From Polyangiaceae bacterium (GTDB lineage: Bacteria > Myxococcota_A > Polyangia > Polyangiales > Polyangiaceae), in assembly GCA_025937895.1 (NCBI GenBank), contig JAICQL010000028.1, positions 1 to 32,000 of the forward strand: a stretch of 32,000 nt of DNA. Reading direction: 5' to 3'. The stretch's first letter is position 1. Each line of letters opens with the position of its first letter. Below the pieces are notes generated by a model. That model was given only the letters and a program-made list of their open reading frames with translations. It made no database searches and had not been told where the DNA came from. The translations under genes and the position numbers were made by a program. Below are positions 1 to 8,841 of the stretch, piece by piece.

Positions 1-72
1 GTGCCACCGGCACCTCCGGCAGCCGTGCCGCCAGCACCTCCGGCAGCGGCACCCACCAGCGCTTCCGGCTAG
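1..72 (+). CDS. possible 3' end of a Pro/Ala-rich protein (partial, enters from window edge)
   Basis: Frame 1 is open from base 1 to TAG at 70-72 (VPPAPPAAVPPAPPAAAPTSASG*). Bases 1-24 and 25-48 are a near-identical 24-nt tandem repeat. Too short to assign and could be chance in GC-rich DNA. Confidence 0.15.
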   Translation: MPPAPPAAVPPAPPAAAPTSASG

Positions 73-1376
73 GAGCGGCCGATGCCGCGGTACTTGAAGC
101 CCGCTTGCTTGAAGCCGCTGGGCGAGAGCACGTTGCGGCCGTCGAACACGAAGCGCCGCTTCATGCCGCGCGCCAGCCGCTCGATGTCCGGCGACTGGTA
201 CTGCAGCCACTCCGTGGCCACCACCAGGGCGTCCGCACCCTGGGTGGCGGCGTAGTAGTCCGCCGTCAGCTCCACCCGCTGCGCCAGACCCATTTCTTGC
301 AAGTGCGCCCGCGCAGTCTCCAGCGCCTCCGGATCACTGCCCACCACGCTGGCGCCCGCGTTCAGCAGGCCCTCGATCAAACGCAGCGCGGGCGCCTCGC
401 GCACGTCATCCGTCTTGGGCTTGAACGCCAGGCCCCAGACCGCGATGCGCGTGCCGGCGAGCCCGCCGAGATCGCGCTCCATCGCCTTGAGCAGCTCGCT
501 CACCGGGCGCTGGTTGGCCTCGATCGCCGCACGCGCCACCCGGATCGGCACGCCCAGCTCCTCCCCCGTGCGCACCAGCGCGCGCAGATCCTTCGGGAAA
601 CAGCTGCCGCCGAAGCCCAGGCCCGGATACAGGAACTGGAAGCCGATACGCCGGTCGGCGCCCAGCGCCAGGCGCACGTTCTCCACGTCACCGCCCGCGG
701 CCGTGCACAGCTCCGCCATCTCGTTCATGAAAGAGATCTTCGTCGCCAGCAGCGCGTTCGCCGCGTACTTCACGATCTCGGCGCTCTTCGGTGACATGCG
801 CAGGATGCGATTGCGCTGGCGGTTGAAGGGCGCGTACAGGCGCTCCATCAGCGCGTAGGCCTCGTCGTCATCCGTGCCGACGACGATGCGATCCGGCTTG
901 AGGAAATCCTCGATCGCGGCGCCCTCTTTCAAGAACTCCGGGTTGCTCACCACGCTGATGCGCTTGCGCGAGGAGGCCACCACGTCGCTGACCTTCTGGT
1001 TGGTGCCGACGGGTACCGTGCTCTTGAGCACCAGCACCAGGTCGCGCTCGGCGGACTGAGCCACGCCGCGCGCAACCTCCAGCACTCGGCTCAGATCCGC
1101 CGAGCCATCTTCCTGAGGCGGCGTGCCCACGGCCACGAACACCACCTCGCGCCCGCGGATGCCGCTCGCCAGGTCGTTGGTGAAGGTGATGCGCTGCGGA
1201 AAGTTGCGCGCCAACATGGCTGCCAGCCCCGGCTCGAAGAAGGGCACCTCACCCTTCTCCAGCCGCCGCAGCTTCTCGGGATCGACGTCGATGCAGACCA
1301 CGTCTGCACCCGACTCCGCCAGGCAAACGCCCGCCACCAGTCCCACATAGCCCGTGCCGATGACCGCTACTCTCAT
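69..1376 (-). CDS. ugd: UDP-glucose 6-dehydrogenase
   Basis: Rossmann N-terminus MRVAVIGTGYVGLV at the internal Met (start moved from 1439 to 1376). Catalytic-Cys motif GFGGSCFPKD. Full-length colinear resemblance to the UDP-glucose/GDP-mannose dehydrogenase family. Confidence 0.9.
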   Translation of the reverse strand: MRVAVIGTGYVGLVAGVCLAESGADVVCIDVDPEKLRRLEKGEVPFFEPGLAAMLARNFPQRITFTNDLASGIRGREVVFVAVGTPPQEDGSADLSRVLEVARGVAQSAERDLVLVLKSTVPVGTNQKVSDVVASSRKRISVVSNPEFLKEGAAIEDFLKPDRIVVGTDDDEAYALMERLYAPFNRQRNRILRMSPKSAEIVKYAANALLATKISFMNEMAELCTAAGGDVENVRLALGADRRIGFQFLYPGLGFGGSCFPKDLRALVRTGEELGVPIRVARAAIEANQRPVSELLKAMERDLGGLAGTRIAVWGLAFKPKTDDVREAPALRLIEGLLNAGASVVGSDPEALETARAHLQEMGLAQRVELTADYYAATQGADALVVATEWLQYQSPDIERLARGMKRRFVFDGRNVLSPSGFKQAGFKYRGIGRS

Positions 1377-1406
1377 AAGCCTCTGCTCTAGCCCATCAAA
1401 CGGATA

Positions 1407-1438
1407 AAGGAAAAGAAGACTTGCCCCCGGAAGGGGCA
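1407..1438 (-). terminator. candidate rho-independent terminator after the lipoprotein gene
   Basis: On the minus strand, stem TGCCCC/GGGGCA (plus 1422-1427 / 1433-1438) has a 5-nt loop and is followed by the T-rich run AGTCTTCTTTTCCTTTATCC. It lies about 33 nt downstream of the stop at 1471. Confidence 0.5.
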
Positions 1439-1470
1439 TGGCTCGCTGTTGATTCGAGTTAGATTTTGCC

Positions 1471-2079
1471 TCACTCGGCCGCCTCCTGGTCGGAGAACGG
1501 CTCGGCGCGCGGGCACTCCGCCTGCAGCCGCTGGCAGGCCGCGGGCGCCTCGCGCTCGCTCAGCTGCGCGATGAAGCCCTGTGCATCACTGCTGTCGATG
1601 GTCGCCGCATTGCCGCAGCTGAACTGCGCAAACAGCTCCTCCACCTGCGTGAGCCGGGCATCCATGCAGCCCTCGAGCTCAGCCACCGTCACCTCGCAAT
1701 CGGTGTAGGCGCTGGTGTCTCCATTGCACTCCAGCACCGCGGCAAAGTCGAGATCCTCACGGCTAAACAGCGGGTTGGTGCCGTCGTTGGTCTGGCTCAC
1801 GCAGCTCGCGGCCTGGGTCTGACAGGCGTCGGTAGTATCGGTCAGCGCTGCGCCAAACAGCTCGCAAGCCTTGCGCACCGTCTGCTCCACCCCCACCTCC
1901 TGCTGGATCGCGCCGCGGATGTTCTCGCAGGCCGAGATGGCATCCGAGCTCGAGATGTCGCGCAGCGCGGTCGACTCCGGAAGGCCGGTGTCCACCCGCG
2001 AGCCCTCGCTCTCCCCACCGCAGCCGCAGAGCGCGCTGGCGGCCAGCCCCACCCAGCGCCATTTCCCCAACAAATTCAT
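1471..2079 (-). CDS. Cys-rich putative lipoprotein (hypothetical)
   Basis: Internal Met gives MNLLGKWRWVGLAASALCGCGG, a signal peptide with a lipobox-like LCGC. The mature part is acidic with many paired Cys and lacks shadow-ORF composition. Confidence 0.6.
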   Translation of the reverse strand: MNLLGKWRWVGLAASALCGCGGESEGSRVDTGLPESTALRDISSSDAISACENIRGAIQQEVGVEQTVRKACELFGAALTDTTDACQTQAASCVSQTNDGTNPLFSREDLDFAAVLECNGDTSAYTDCEVTVAELEGCMDARLTQVEELFAQFSCGNAATIDSSDAQGFIAQLSEREAPAACQRLQAECPRAEPFSDQEAAE

Positions 2080-2242
2080 GTAGCTTTCTCCGTTCCCTGG
2101 GCGGGCCGCGCGGCCTCGCGGGGCTCTGCGCACCGCTCCGGGGCAGCCCTACCGCTCATTACGGCCGTTTGCAGGGCAAAAAAGCCCGCCCCGGGCGCGG
2201 CCGTGCGGACGGCGTGCTACCGTCCCCTCCCGTTTTCGACGC

Positions 2243-3811
2243 ATGTCCGCCCACACCTCCCGCGAGCTGATCCGCACCCGGCTTTCCCGGGAGTCCGGCA
2301 GGATCGACAAGACCGCCCCCCGCCGCGTGGCGCTGGCCTATCCCTCCCCTTACGCGGTGGGCATGAGCTCGCTCGGCTATCAGCAGATCTATCGCATCCT
2401 GCAGGACATGCCGGGCGTCGCCTGCGAGAGGGTGTTTTTACCCGACGGCGCCGACCAGGCAGAGGCGCTGCAGGATGTGGAGGCACCACTCAGCTACGAG
2501 GGGCAGCGATCGCTCGGGGATTTTCAGCTGATCGCCTTCAGCGTGGCGTACGAGCTGGAGCTCGCCGGCTTGCTGCGCATGTTGCACGCCTCCGGTATCC
2601 CGCCACTGCGCGCCGACCGCAGCCGGCGCCACCCCCTGGTGATCGCCGGTGGTCCGCTCACGTTCTCCAACCCACTGCCGCTCGCGCCGTTCGTCGATGC
2701 CATCGTGATGGGCGAGGCCGAAGAGATCGTGGAGTGGCTGGCAGAGACCTGCTTCGAGGCGGCCGACTCCGAGCACGCGCGCGAGCAACTGGCGCAGCAC
2801 CCGCACATCTTCGTGCCCAGCGTGCACGGCTCCACGTTGCCCAGCCTGGGCAGGACGGAAGACGCGCGGCTGCCGGCGCGCAGCGTGATCCTGACCCCCG
2901 ACACCGAGCTGTCGAACATGTTCCTGCTGGAGGCCGAGCGCGGCTGCTCGCGCACCTGCACGTATTGCGTGATGCGGCGCGGCTCGGCTGGCGGCATGCG
3001 CAAGGTGCCGAAGGATGTGGTGCTCGAGCTCATCCCCGAGCACGTGAGCAAGGTGGGCCTGGTGGGCGCGGCCGTCAGTGATCACCCGCAGATCGTGGAG
3101 ATCGTCTCGGAGCTGGCGGACCGCGGCAAGCAGGTGGGCCTGTCCAGCCTGCGTCCCGATCGGCTCAAGGAGCCGTTCGTGGTGGCGCTCAAGCGCGCCG
3201 GCTATCGCACGCTCACCACGGCGCTCGACGGCGCCAGCGAGCGCCTGCGCGAGACCATCGAGCGGCGCGGCCGCGTGCCGCACTACGAAGCGCTGGCCGA
3301 GCACGCGCGCGCAGCCGGCATGCAGCGGCTGAAGCTGTACCTGATGATCGGCTTGCCCGGCGAGACCGAGTCGGACATCGACGAGTGCGCCGAGTTCGTG
3401 AGCAAGCTCTCGCGCATCTTGCCGGTGGCGCTGGGCATCGCGCCCTTCTGCGCCAAGCGCCGCACCCCGCTCGACGGCCAGCCCTTCGCCGGCATCGAGG
3501 TCGTGCAAGCGCGGCTGGAGCGCCTGCGCCGCGGCCTGAAGGGGCGCGCCGACGTGCGCTCCACCAGCGCCAAGTGGGCCTGGGTGGAGTACGTGCTGGC
3601 GCAGGGTGCCGAGGAAGAGGGCCTGGCGCTGTGGCAAGCCGTGCAGGCCGGCGGTCGCTTTGCGGACTACCGCAAGGCCTTCGTCGAGCTCGGCTACGGC
3701 ACGCGCGGGCCGCAGCGCCCGCGGCTCGAGCCCCCGCCGCTGCCGGTGGTCGCCGCCAAGCCCGCGCGCAGTACGAGCCCGGGCTCGCGCGCGCTGCCGC
3801 TGGTCGGCTGA
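2243..3811 (+). CDS. radical SAM protein with N-terminal B12-binding-like domain
   Basis: CxxxCxxC cluster motif CSRTCTYCVM. N-terminus RVALAYPSPYAVGMSSLGYQQIY is typical of the uncharacterised B12-type radical SAM family. Confidence 0.85.
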   Translation: MSAHTSRELIRTRLSRESGRIDKTAPRRVALAYPSPYAVGMSSLGYQQIYRILQDMPGVACERVFLPDGADQAEALQDVEAPLSYEGQRSLGDFQLIAFSVAYELELAGLLRMLHASGIPPLRADRSRRHPLVIAGGPLTFSNPLPLAPFVDAIVMGEAEEIVEWLAETCFEAADSEHAREQLAQHPHIFVPSVHGSTLPSLGRTEDARLPARSVILTPDTELSNMFLLEAERGCSRTCTYCVMRRGSAGGMRKVPKDVVLELIPEHVSKVGLVGAAVSDHPQIVEIVSELADRGKQVGLSSLRPDRLKEPFVVALKRAGYRTLTTALDGASERLRETIERRGRVPHYEALAEHARAAGMQRLKLYLMIGLPGETESDIDECAEFVSKLSRILPVALGIAPFCAKRRTPLDGQPFAGIEVVQARLERLRRGLKGRADVRSTSAKWAWVEYVLAQGAEEEGLALWQAVQAGGRFADYRKAFVELGYGTRGPQRPRLEPPPLPVVAAKPARSTSPGSRALPLVG

Positions 3812-3832
3812 CGCAGGCTCGTCGCCGCTGGC

Positions 3833-5482
3833 TCAGTGCTTACGGCAGATCTGCAGCCGCGCGCCAAATCCCCCGAGATCCACCTCCGGGCCATCCTCGA
3901 CGACCAGCCCCGCCGCGCCCGCCGCCCGCGCCGTGTGCTCCGCCAGCGGCGAGAGCCACACCAGCCGCCCCCCCGGGCGCAACACCCGCGCCGCATGACG
4001 CACGAAGCCGCCGAGCAGCTCCGCGAGCGAGCCGTCGCGCGCCACTCGCCGCCCCATCGGCGGGTTGCTCACGATCAGACTGACCCCCGCCGGCGCAAAC
4101 TCCAGCGCCGAGCGCTGCACCAGCTGGCCAGCAAGGCCTGCCGCGTCCAGGTTGGCGCGTGCCGCCGCCAGCGCACCCGGATCGATGTCACAGCCCCAGA
4201 GCTCTGCAAACGGGCCGCGCCGCGCCCGCTCCACCAGCTCCAGCCCGCTGCCCACAAACGGATCCCAGACCACGTCGTCCGCCCACACCTCGCTCGCGCG
4301 CGCCAGGGCCGCGGCGATGGTCGGGTGTGAAGCCGCCCGCACGTCGCGCTGCCGGTACGCAAAGCGCGGATCCGGATCGAGCCGCGGCACGAGCAGCAGC
4401 ATACCCGCGCCGTCGCTGCGCGCGCGCACCGTCCACGGCGCCCGCTCCGGATCGTTGATGGGCGCCCACTCGTCGTCTGCCACGCGCCGTTGCACGGCCT
4501 GCGCCAGCGCCCAGGAGCGCGCGCGCTGATGCCCGGCGTCGCTCCAGTCCACGCGAAAGCGCGGCCGCCCGCTGCTCCAGCGCGTGAGCCAGCTCGCTGT
4601 CTGCGGCCGGGTCAGCGCCTCCGCCACCCGCTCCGCCACCTCGTCGATGCGCTCATCGAGCGGCACGCACAGCGCCACCTCCAGCGCCAGCCGCGAGCGC
4701 AGCAGCTCGTCCAGGGTGCCCGCGTGCGCGAGCGTGCAGCCGCTCGCCGGCAGCGGCGCGCGCGCGGTCTGTGCCTGCAGGCCCAGCTCCGCCAGCTCCT
4801 CCCCGAGCAGCCCCTCGAGCCCCCGGCGACAGCCCAGCCAGACCTGGCAGGCATTGCCCAGCGCGCGCTGGCTGACGATGACACACGCCTGTTGCCGCGA
4901 GCCACGCCGCTCGATCAATGCCAGCGCTCGCTGCCGGCGCCGCTCGAGCTCGCTGTCGTTCACCCGCAGCTCGCCGAGCGCGCTGCGGCTCCGTTCGCCG
5001 CCGAGCGCGCCCAGTGCGTCGGTGATCGCGCGCGCTTCCGGCAGCTCCGCCACCGCCAGCGCGCGCAGCAGCGCCGGCTCCGCCTGCGGATCCGCCAGCT
5101 TGGCCAGGCCTCGCGCTGCCCAGCGCTGGCTCGCCGGCAGCGGCTCGTCCAGGCTCGCCACCAGCACCTGCCCGAGCCGCGCGCGCGCGGCACCAGCCGC
5201 TCCGTCACCCGGGCGCGCCAGCTGCTCACCCGCCAGCCGTGCGAGCAGCGCCAGCAAGGCGGGCCGCTGCTCCGTCGTCGCTTTAGCCAGGGCCTCCAGC
5301 GCGGGCTCCAGCAGCGCCAGCCCCGCGCGCGCGAGCGCCCGCTCCAGCAACTCCCGCTGCTCCTTGGTCTGCACGGGCAGCGCGCGCAGCAGCTCCGGCA
5401 ACGCGCGCAGCGGCGGCGTGTAACCGGGCTCCGTCAGGCAGCGCTCGAGCGCGCTGGCCGCGCCGCTGCCAGCAGCGCTCAT
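3833..5482 (-). CDS. HEAT-repeat / THUMP-like / class I SAM-dependent (UPF0020-type) methyltransferase
   Basis: Motif I VWDPFVGSG and motif IV IVSNPPMG. Upstream segment RFAYRQRDVRAASHPTIAAALA resembles RlmL/Trm14-type enzymes. The first ~190 aa are Leu/Ala-rich HEAT-like repeats. AGGAG-like SD overlaps the ddl stop. Confidence 0.8.
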   Translation of the reverse strand: MSAAGSGAASALERCLTEPGYTPPLRALPELLRALPVQTKEQRELLERALARAGLALLEPALEALAKATTEQRPALLALLARLAGEQLARPGDGAAGAARARLGQVLVASLDEPLPASQRWAARGLAKLADPQAEPALLRALAVAELPEARAITDALGALGGERSRSALGELRVNDSELERRRQRALALIERRGSRQQACVIVSQRALGNACQVWLGCRRGLEGLLGEELAELGLQAQTARAPLPASGCTLAHAGTLDELLRSRLALEVALCVPLDERIDEVAERVAEALTRPQTASWLTRWSSGRPRFRVDWSDAGHQRARSWALAQAVQRRVADDEWAPINDPERAPWTVRARSDGAGMLLLVPRLDPDPRFAYRQRDVRAASHPTIAAALARASEVWADDVVWDPFVGSGLELVERARRGPFAELWGCDIDPGALAAARANLDAAGLAGQLVQRSALEFAPAGVSLIVSNPPMGRRVARDGSLAELLGGFVRHAARVLRPGGRLVWLSPLAEHTARAAGAAGLVVEDGPEVDLGGFGARLQICRKH

Positions 5483-5486
5483 CTCC

Positions 5487-6587
5487 TCAGCGCTCGACCG
5501 AGAGCGCGCGCCGCGCCTCGAAGCGAGCCAGCCCCAGCTCGATCAGCCGGGTCAACAGGTCGCGATAGCTCAGCCCCGTCTCCTGCCACATGCGCGAATA
5601 CATGCTGACCTCGGTGAAGCCCGGCAACGTGTTCACCTCGTTGACGAACCACTTGCCCGTGCCGCGATCGAGGAAGAAGTCCACCCGCGCGAGCCCCTCC
5701 AGCTCCAGCACCTCGAACACGCGCAAGGCCAGCGCCTGCACCTCATGCGTTTGCTCCGGCGCGAGCGGCGCCGGCACCAGGAGCTCGGCTCCGTTCGGAT
5801 CCAGGTACTTGGCCTCGTACGAGTAGAACTCGTGGCGCGGCACGATCTCTCCCGGCAAAGACACCACCGGCGGCCGCCCGTCGAGCACTGCCGCCTCGAT
5901 CTCGCGCGCGTCGATGCCGCGCTCGATCAGCACCTTGCGATCGTAACGAAACGCCTGGCTCAGCGCCGCCGACAGCTCTCCCGGCGCGCGCACCTTCACC
6001 ACGCCCACCGAGGAGCCCAGGTTCGCGGGCTTGACGAAGCAGGGAAAGCCCAGCTGCGCCCGCACCTCGCGCTCCACGTCCTCGAGCCTCGAGCGCTCCG
6101 CGCGGGCCACCACGCACTCCACCACGGGCAAGCCGGCCTCGCGCAGCAGCCGCTTGCTGACATCCTTGTCCATGCCCACGGCGGAGCCCAGCACGCCGCA
6201 GCCCACGTAGGGCGCGCCTGCCATCTCCAGCAGGCCCTGCAGCGCGCCGTCTTCCCCGAGGGTGCCGTGCACGATGGGAAAGAACACGTCCACCCCGAAG
6301 CGCCCCGAGAGCTCCGCCACGTCCCCGCCGCTCGCCGGCGCCACCGCGCCCGTCACCGGCACCAGTCCACCCTCGCCCACCACCGCCGCGCAGCCCGCCG
6401 TGTCTGCCTCCAGCAGCGCGCGTGCCTCCAGCAGGTGCCAGGCGCCGCTGCGATCGATGCCGATCGGCACCGGCTCGAAGCGCGCTGGATCCAGCGCCCC
6501 CAGGATGCCGCGCGCCGAGCGCACGCTCACCTCGTGCTCTCCCGAGCGCCCCCCGAAGATGATCCCCACGCGCAGACGACGGCTCAT
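5487..6587 (-). CDS. ddl: D-alanine--D-alanine ligase
   Basis: N-terminus RVGIIFGGRSGEHEVSVRSA and an ATP-grasp body (FVKPANLGSSVG, NEVNTLPGFT). ATGA start/stop overlap with ttcA. Confidence 0.95.
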   Translation of the reverse strand: MSRRLRVGIIFGGRSGEHEVSVRSARGILGALDPARFEPVPIGIDRSGAWHLLEARALLEADTAGCAAVVGEGGLVPVTGAVAPASGGDVAELSGRFGVDVFFPIVHGTLGEDGALQGLLEMAGAPYVGCGVLGSAVGMDKDVSKRLLREAGLPVVECVVARAERSRLEDVEREVRAQLGFPCFVKPANLGSSVGVVKVRAPGELSAALSQAFRYDRKVLIERGIDAREIEAAVLDGRPPVVSLPGEIVPRHEFYSYEAKYLDPNGAELLVPAPLAPEQTHEVQALALRVFEVLELEGLARVDFFLDRGTGKWFVNEVNTLPGFTEVSMYSRMWQETGLSYRDLLTRLIELGLARFEARRALSVER

Positions 6588-7426
6588 GACTCGGACACCA
6601 CTCGCAGACGGCGGTCGGGTAACGTGGCCTCCGCCCGGGCCCTGGCTGGAAACAGGTGTGAGGGGCGCACGTTGCCGAGCGCCGCGAACAGGTTGCCGCG
6701 TACGTGCGGGTTCTCCGCGTGCAGCTCACTGATCAGCTGCTTGACCCGCTGGCGCTTCAGGTTGTCCTGCGACCCACACAGATCACAGGGCAAGATCGGA
6801 AAGGCGCGCAGCGCCGCGTAGCGCGCGATGTCCTCTTCTGCCGAGTAGCACAGCGGACGGATCACGATGTGCGCGCCGTCGTCCGAGACCAGCCGCGGCG
6901 GCATGGCCTTGATCTGCCCCGCATACAGCAGGTTCATCAGCAAGGTCTCGGTCATGTCGTCACGGTGGTGACCGAGCGCGATCTTGTTGCAGCCCAGCCG
7001 CCGCGCCGTCGTGTACAGGATGCCGCGGCGCAGGCGCGAGCACAGCGAGCAATACGTCTTGCCCTCCGGCACCTTCGCCTTCACCACCGAATAGGTGTCC
7101 TCCTGCACGATCTCGAACGGGTACTGCTCCTGCTCCAGGTACCCGCGCAGCACGTGCAGCGGATAGCCCGGATGGCCCTGATCGATGTTCACCGCCACGA
7201 AGCTGAACTGAAAGGGCACCCGCGCCTGCAGCTGCCGCAGCAGATCGAGCAGCGTGTACGAGTCCTTCCCGCCGCTGATCGCCACCAGCACGTGGTCCCC
7301 CGGCTCGATCAGCCCGTAGTCACGGCTGGCCTGCGAGAGCTGCCCGAGCAGCCGCCGCCCGAGCTGCTGCCCATCGTCGCGCGCCGCAGCGGAGGGCGTG
7401 GACGCCCCTGGCAGAGCCTGTGTCAT
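6584..7426 (-). CDS. ttcA: tRNA 2-thiocytidine biosynthesis protein TtcA
   Basis: PP-loop AISGGKDSYTLL plus Cys motifs CSLCSRLRRG and CDLCGSQ. Start set at internal MTQALPG (7426) instead of 7612. Confidence 0.9.
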   Translation of the reverse strand: MTQALPGASTPSAAARDDGQQLGRRLLGQLSQASRDYGLIEPGDHVLVAISGGKDSYTLLDLLRQLQARVPFQFSFVAVNIDQGHPGYPLHVLRGYLEQEQYPFEIVQEDTYSVVKAKVPEGKTYCSLCSRLRRGILYTTARRLGCNKIALGHHRDDMTETLLMNLLYAGQIKAMPPRLVSDDGAHIVIRPLCYSAEEDIARYAALRAFPILPCDLCGSQDNLKRQRVKQLISELHAENPHVRGNLFAALGNVRPSHLFPARARAEATLPDRRLRVVSES

Positions 7427-7668
7427 GAGAGTGCCATTTTCCTGCAAATGCGGGCGCGAAGCCACCGTGGAGAGCGGCACGGCGGGCAGCACCAGCACTG
7501 CCGAGCCGAACGGCTCGAGCGCCGAGCTGCGCAGGGTTATGCCGCCATCGGCTGACTGGGGCAAGAGCACCCAACTGCCGGCGAGAGCGCGGCCTGCTCC
7601 GCTCCTGAACACACGTTTGCAAGGTAAAACCCACCGGAGCGAGCTGCCTTCCTGCCCGCGCTGGTGCT

Positions 7669-8343
7669 ATGTCGGCGCTCATGATCAACAGCGGCCATCT
7701 GGCGCAGCTGGCGTTCACCGTAGTGGCCGCCGCGGGCGTGTACTCCTTCCTCACCTCCGCCCGCGAGGGCGAGCGGCGGCGCATGTGCACTCCCGCGTGC
7801 GCGCTACGGCCGCAATACGCCAACAACAACCGCACCGCGCCCGACTTCGAGCTGCCCACGCTCGACGGCAGCACCAAGAAGCTGTCGGACTACCGCGGCA
7901 AGGTCGTGGTGCTGAATTTCTGGACCAAATCCTGCCGCCCCTGCCTGGAGGAGATGCCGGCGCTCGCCGACTTCGCCCGAGTGCTGGAGAAGGAGGGAGA
8001 CCTCCAGCTGCTGACCGTCAGCACGGACGAGTCGGTGGCCGATGCCCGGGACACCCTGCTCTCCGTGCTCGCCGGGGACCCTCCGTTCGTCACCTTCGTG
8101 GACACGGAGAACCAGTTCGTCAGCGAGAAATACGGGACCAAGCTCTACCCGGAGACCTGGTTCATCGACAAGCAGGGCGTGATTCGCGCCCGCTTCGACG
8201 GCGCGCGCGAGTGGATGAAGCCGCTCAACCTGGAGTTTGCCCAGTCGCTGCGCGGCCCCGCCACCTGCCAGGTCCAGTTCGACAACCAGGAGCCCATCGG
8301 CCCGTTCAAGGACGTCTGCAACGACATCCCGCTCGCCATCTGA
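7669..8343 (+). CDS. TlpA/ResA-like membrane-anchored thiol:disulfide oxidoreductase
   Basis: N-terminal TM helix LAQLAFTVVAAAGVYSFL. Thioredoxin-fold motif VLNFWTKSCRPCLEEMP (CxxC). Confidence 0.8.
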   Translation: MSALMINSGHLAQLAFTVVAAAGVYSFLTSAREGERRRMCTPACALRPQYANNNRTAPDFELPTLDGSTKKLSDYRGKVVVLNFWTKSCRPCLEEMPALADFARVLEKEGDLQLLTVSTDESVADARDTLLSVLAGDPPFVTFVDTENQFVSEKYGTKLYPETWFIDKQGVIRARFDGAREWMKPLNLEFAQSLRGPATCQVQFDNQEPIGPFKDVCNDIPLAI

Positions 8344-8374
8344 GCCGGGCCGCTCTTTGCTCGAGCTGCTCAGG

Positions 8375-8387
8375 TGTTCACTGAACA
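8375..8387. promoter_or_regulatory. perfect 6-1-6 palindrome TGTTCA-c-TGAACA (possible operator)
   Basis: Read directly from the sequence. It lies 58 nt upstream of the ATG at 8445 and 32 nt after the redoxin stop. Confidence 0.3.
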
Positions 8388-8444
8388 TCTGGACAGAGCC
8401 GCTAGCGCGCGCTATGTAGGGATCCCCCCTGCCTGGAGGTTCTC

Positions 8445-8720
8445 ATGCGTGTTGCTGCCATCTTGCGCCCCCTCGATGACGTGCCCGTGGATTTCCGAGC
8501 CGATCCCGACGGCACCTGGGATTTTGAAGCCCTTGCCGCAGCCGCAGGCTTTGAAGAAGCCTGGGGACAGATTTCCATCGGGGCCCTGATGGAGCCATAC
8601 CTCGGCTTCCCCGAAGGAGCCGCCGTGGTGCTGCTCAGCGCACCGGAAGAGAGCGCCATCGCGCTCGTCGATTGCACGGCGAGGGTGGAGCACCGCTACC
8701 AGACCAGCGCCGCAGCCTGA
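8445..8720 (+). CDS. small acidic hypothetical protein (91 aa)
   Basis: Strong SD GGAGG (8435-8439) sits 5 nt before the ATG. Asp/Glu-rich composition is unlike shadow ORFs. No family recognised. Confidence 0.5.
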   Translation: MRVAAILRPLDDVPVDFRADPDGTWDFEALAAAAGFEEAWGQISIGALMEPYLGFPEGAAVVLLSAPEESAIALVDCTARVEHRYQTSAAA

Positions 8721-8841
8721 GGCTCGCCGGGCCGAAGGGAGAAGGGGCTCGGTGTCGGGCGTCGACCGACCGACGCTAGAATGTGCCCGCTCGCCCAGCC
8801 CCCGGCGACCACGGCAATGCACGTCAGCCGCTCGCCGTGAG

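Noticed and set aside
1377-1439. N-terminal extensions of tracked ORFs. Examples are ugd to 1439, the lipoprotein to 2133, ttcA to 7612, zapA to 17326, aroK-aroB to 19800, hpt from 25214, FAH from 27821 and the metallophosphoesterase to 31862.
   Set aside because: In each case an internal Met aligns with the conserved family N-terminus or a signal peptide. The upstream extension has shadow-ORF composition or would overlap the neighbouring gene.
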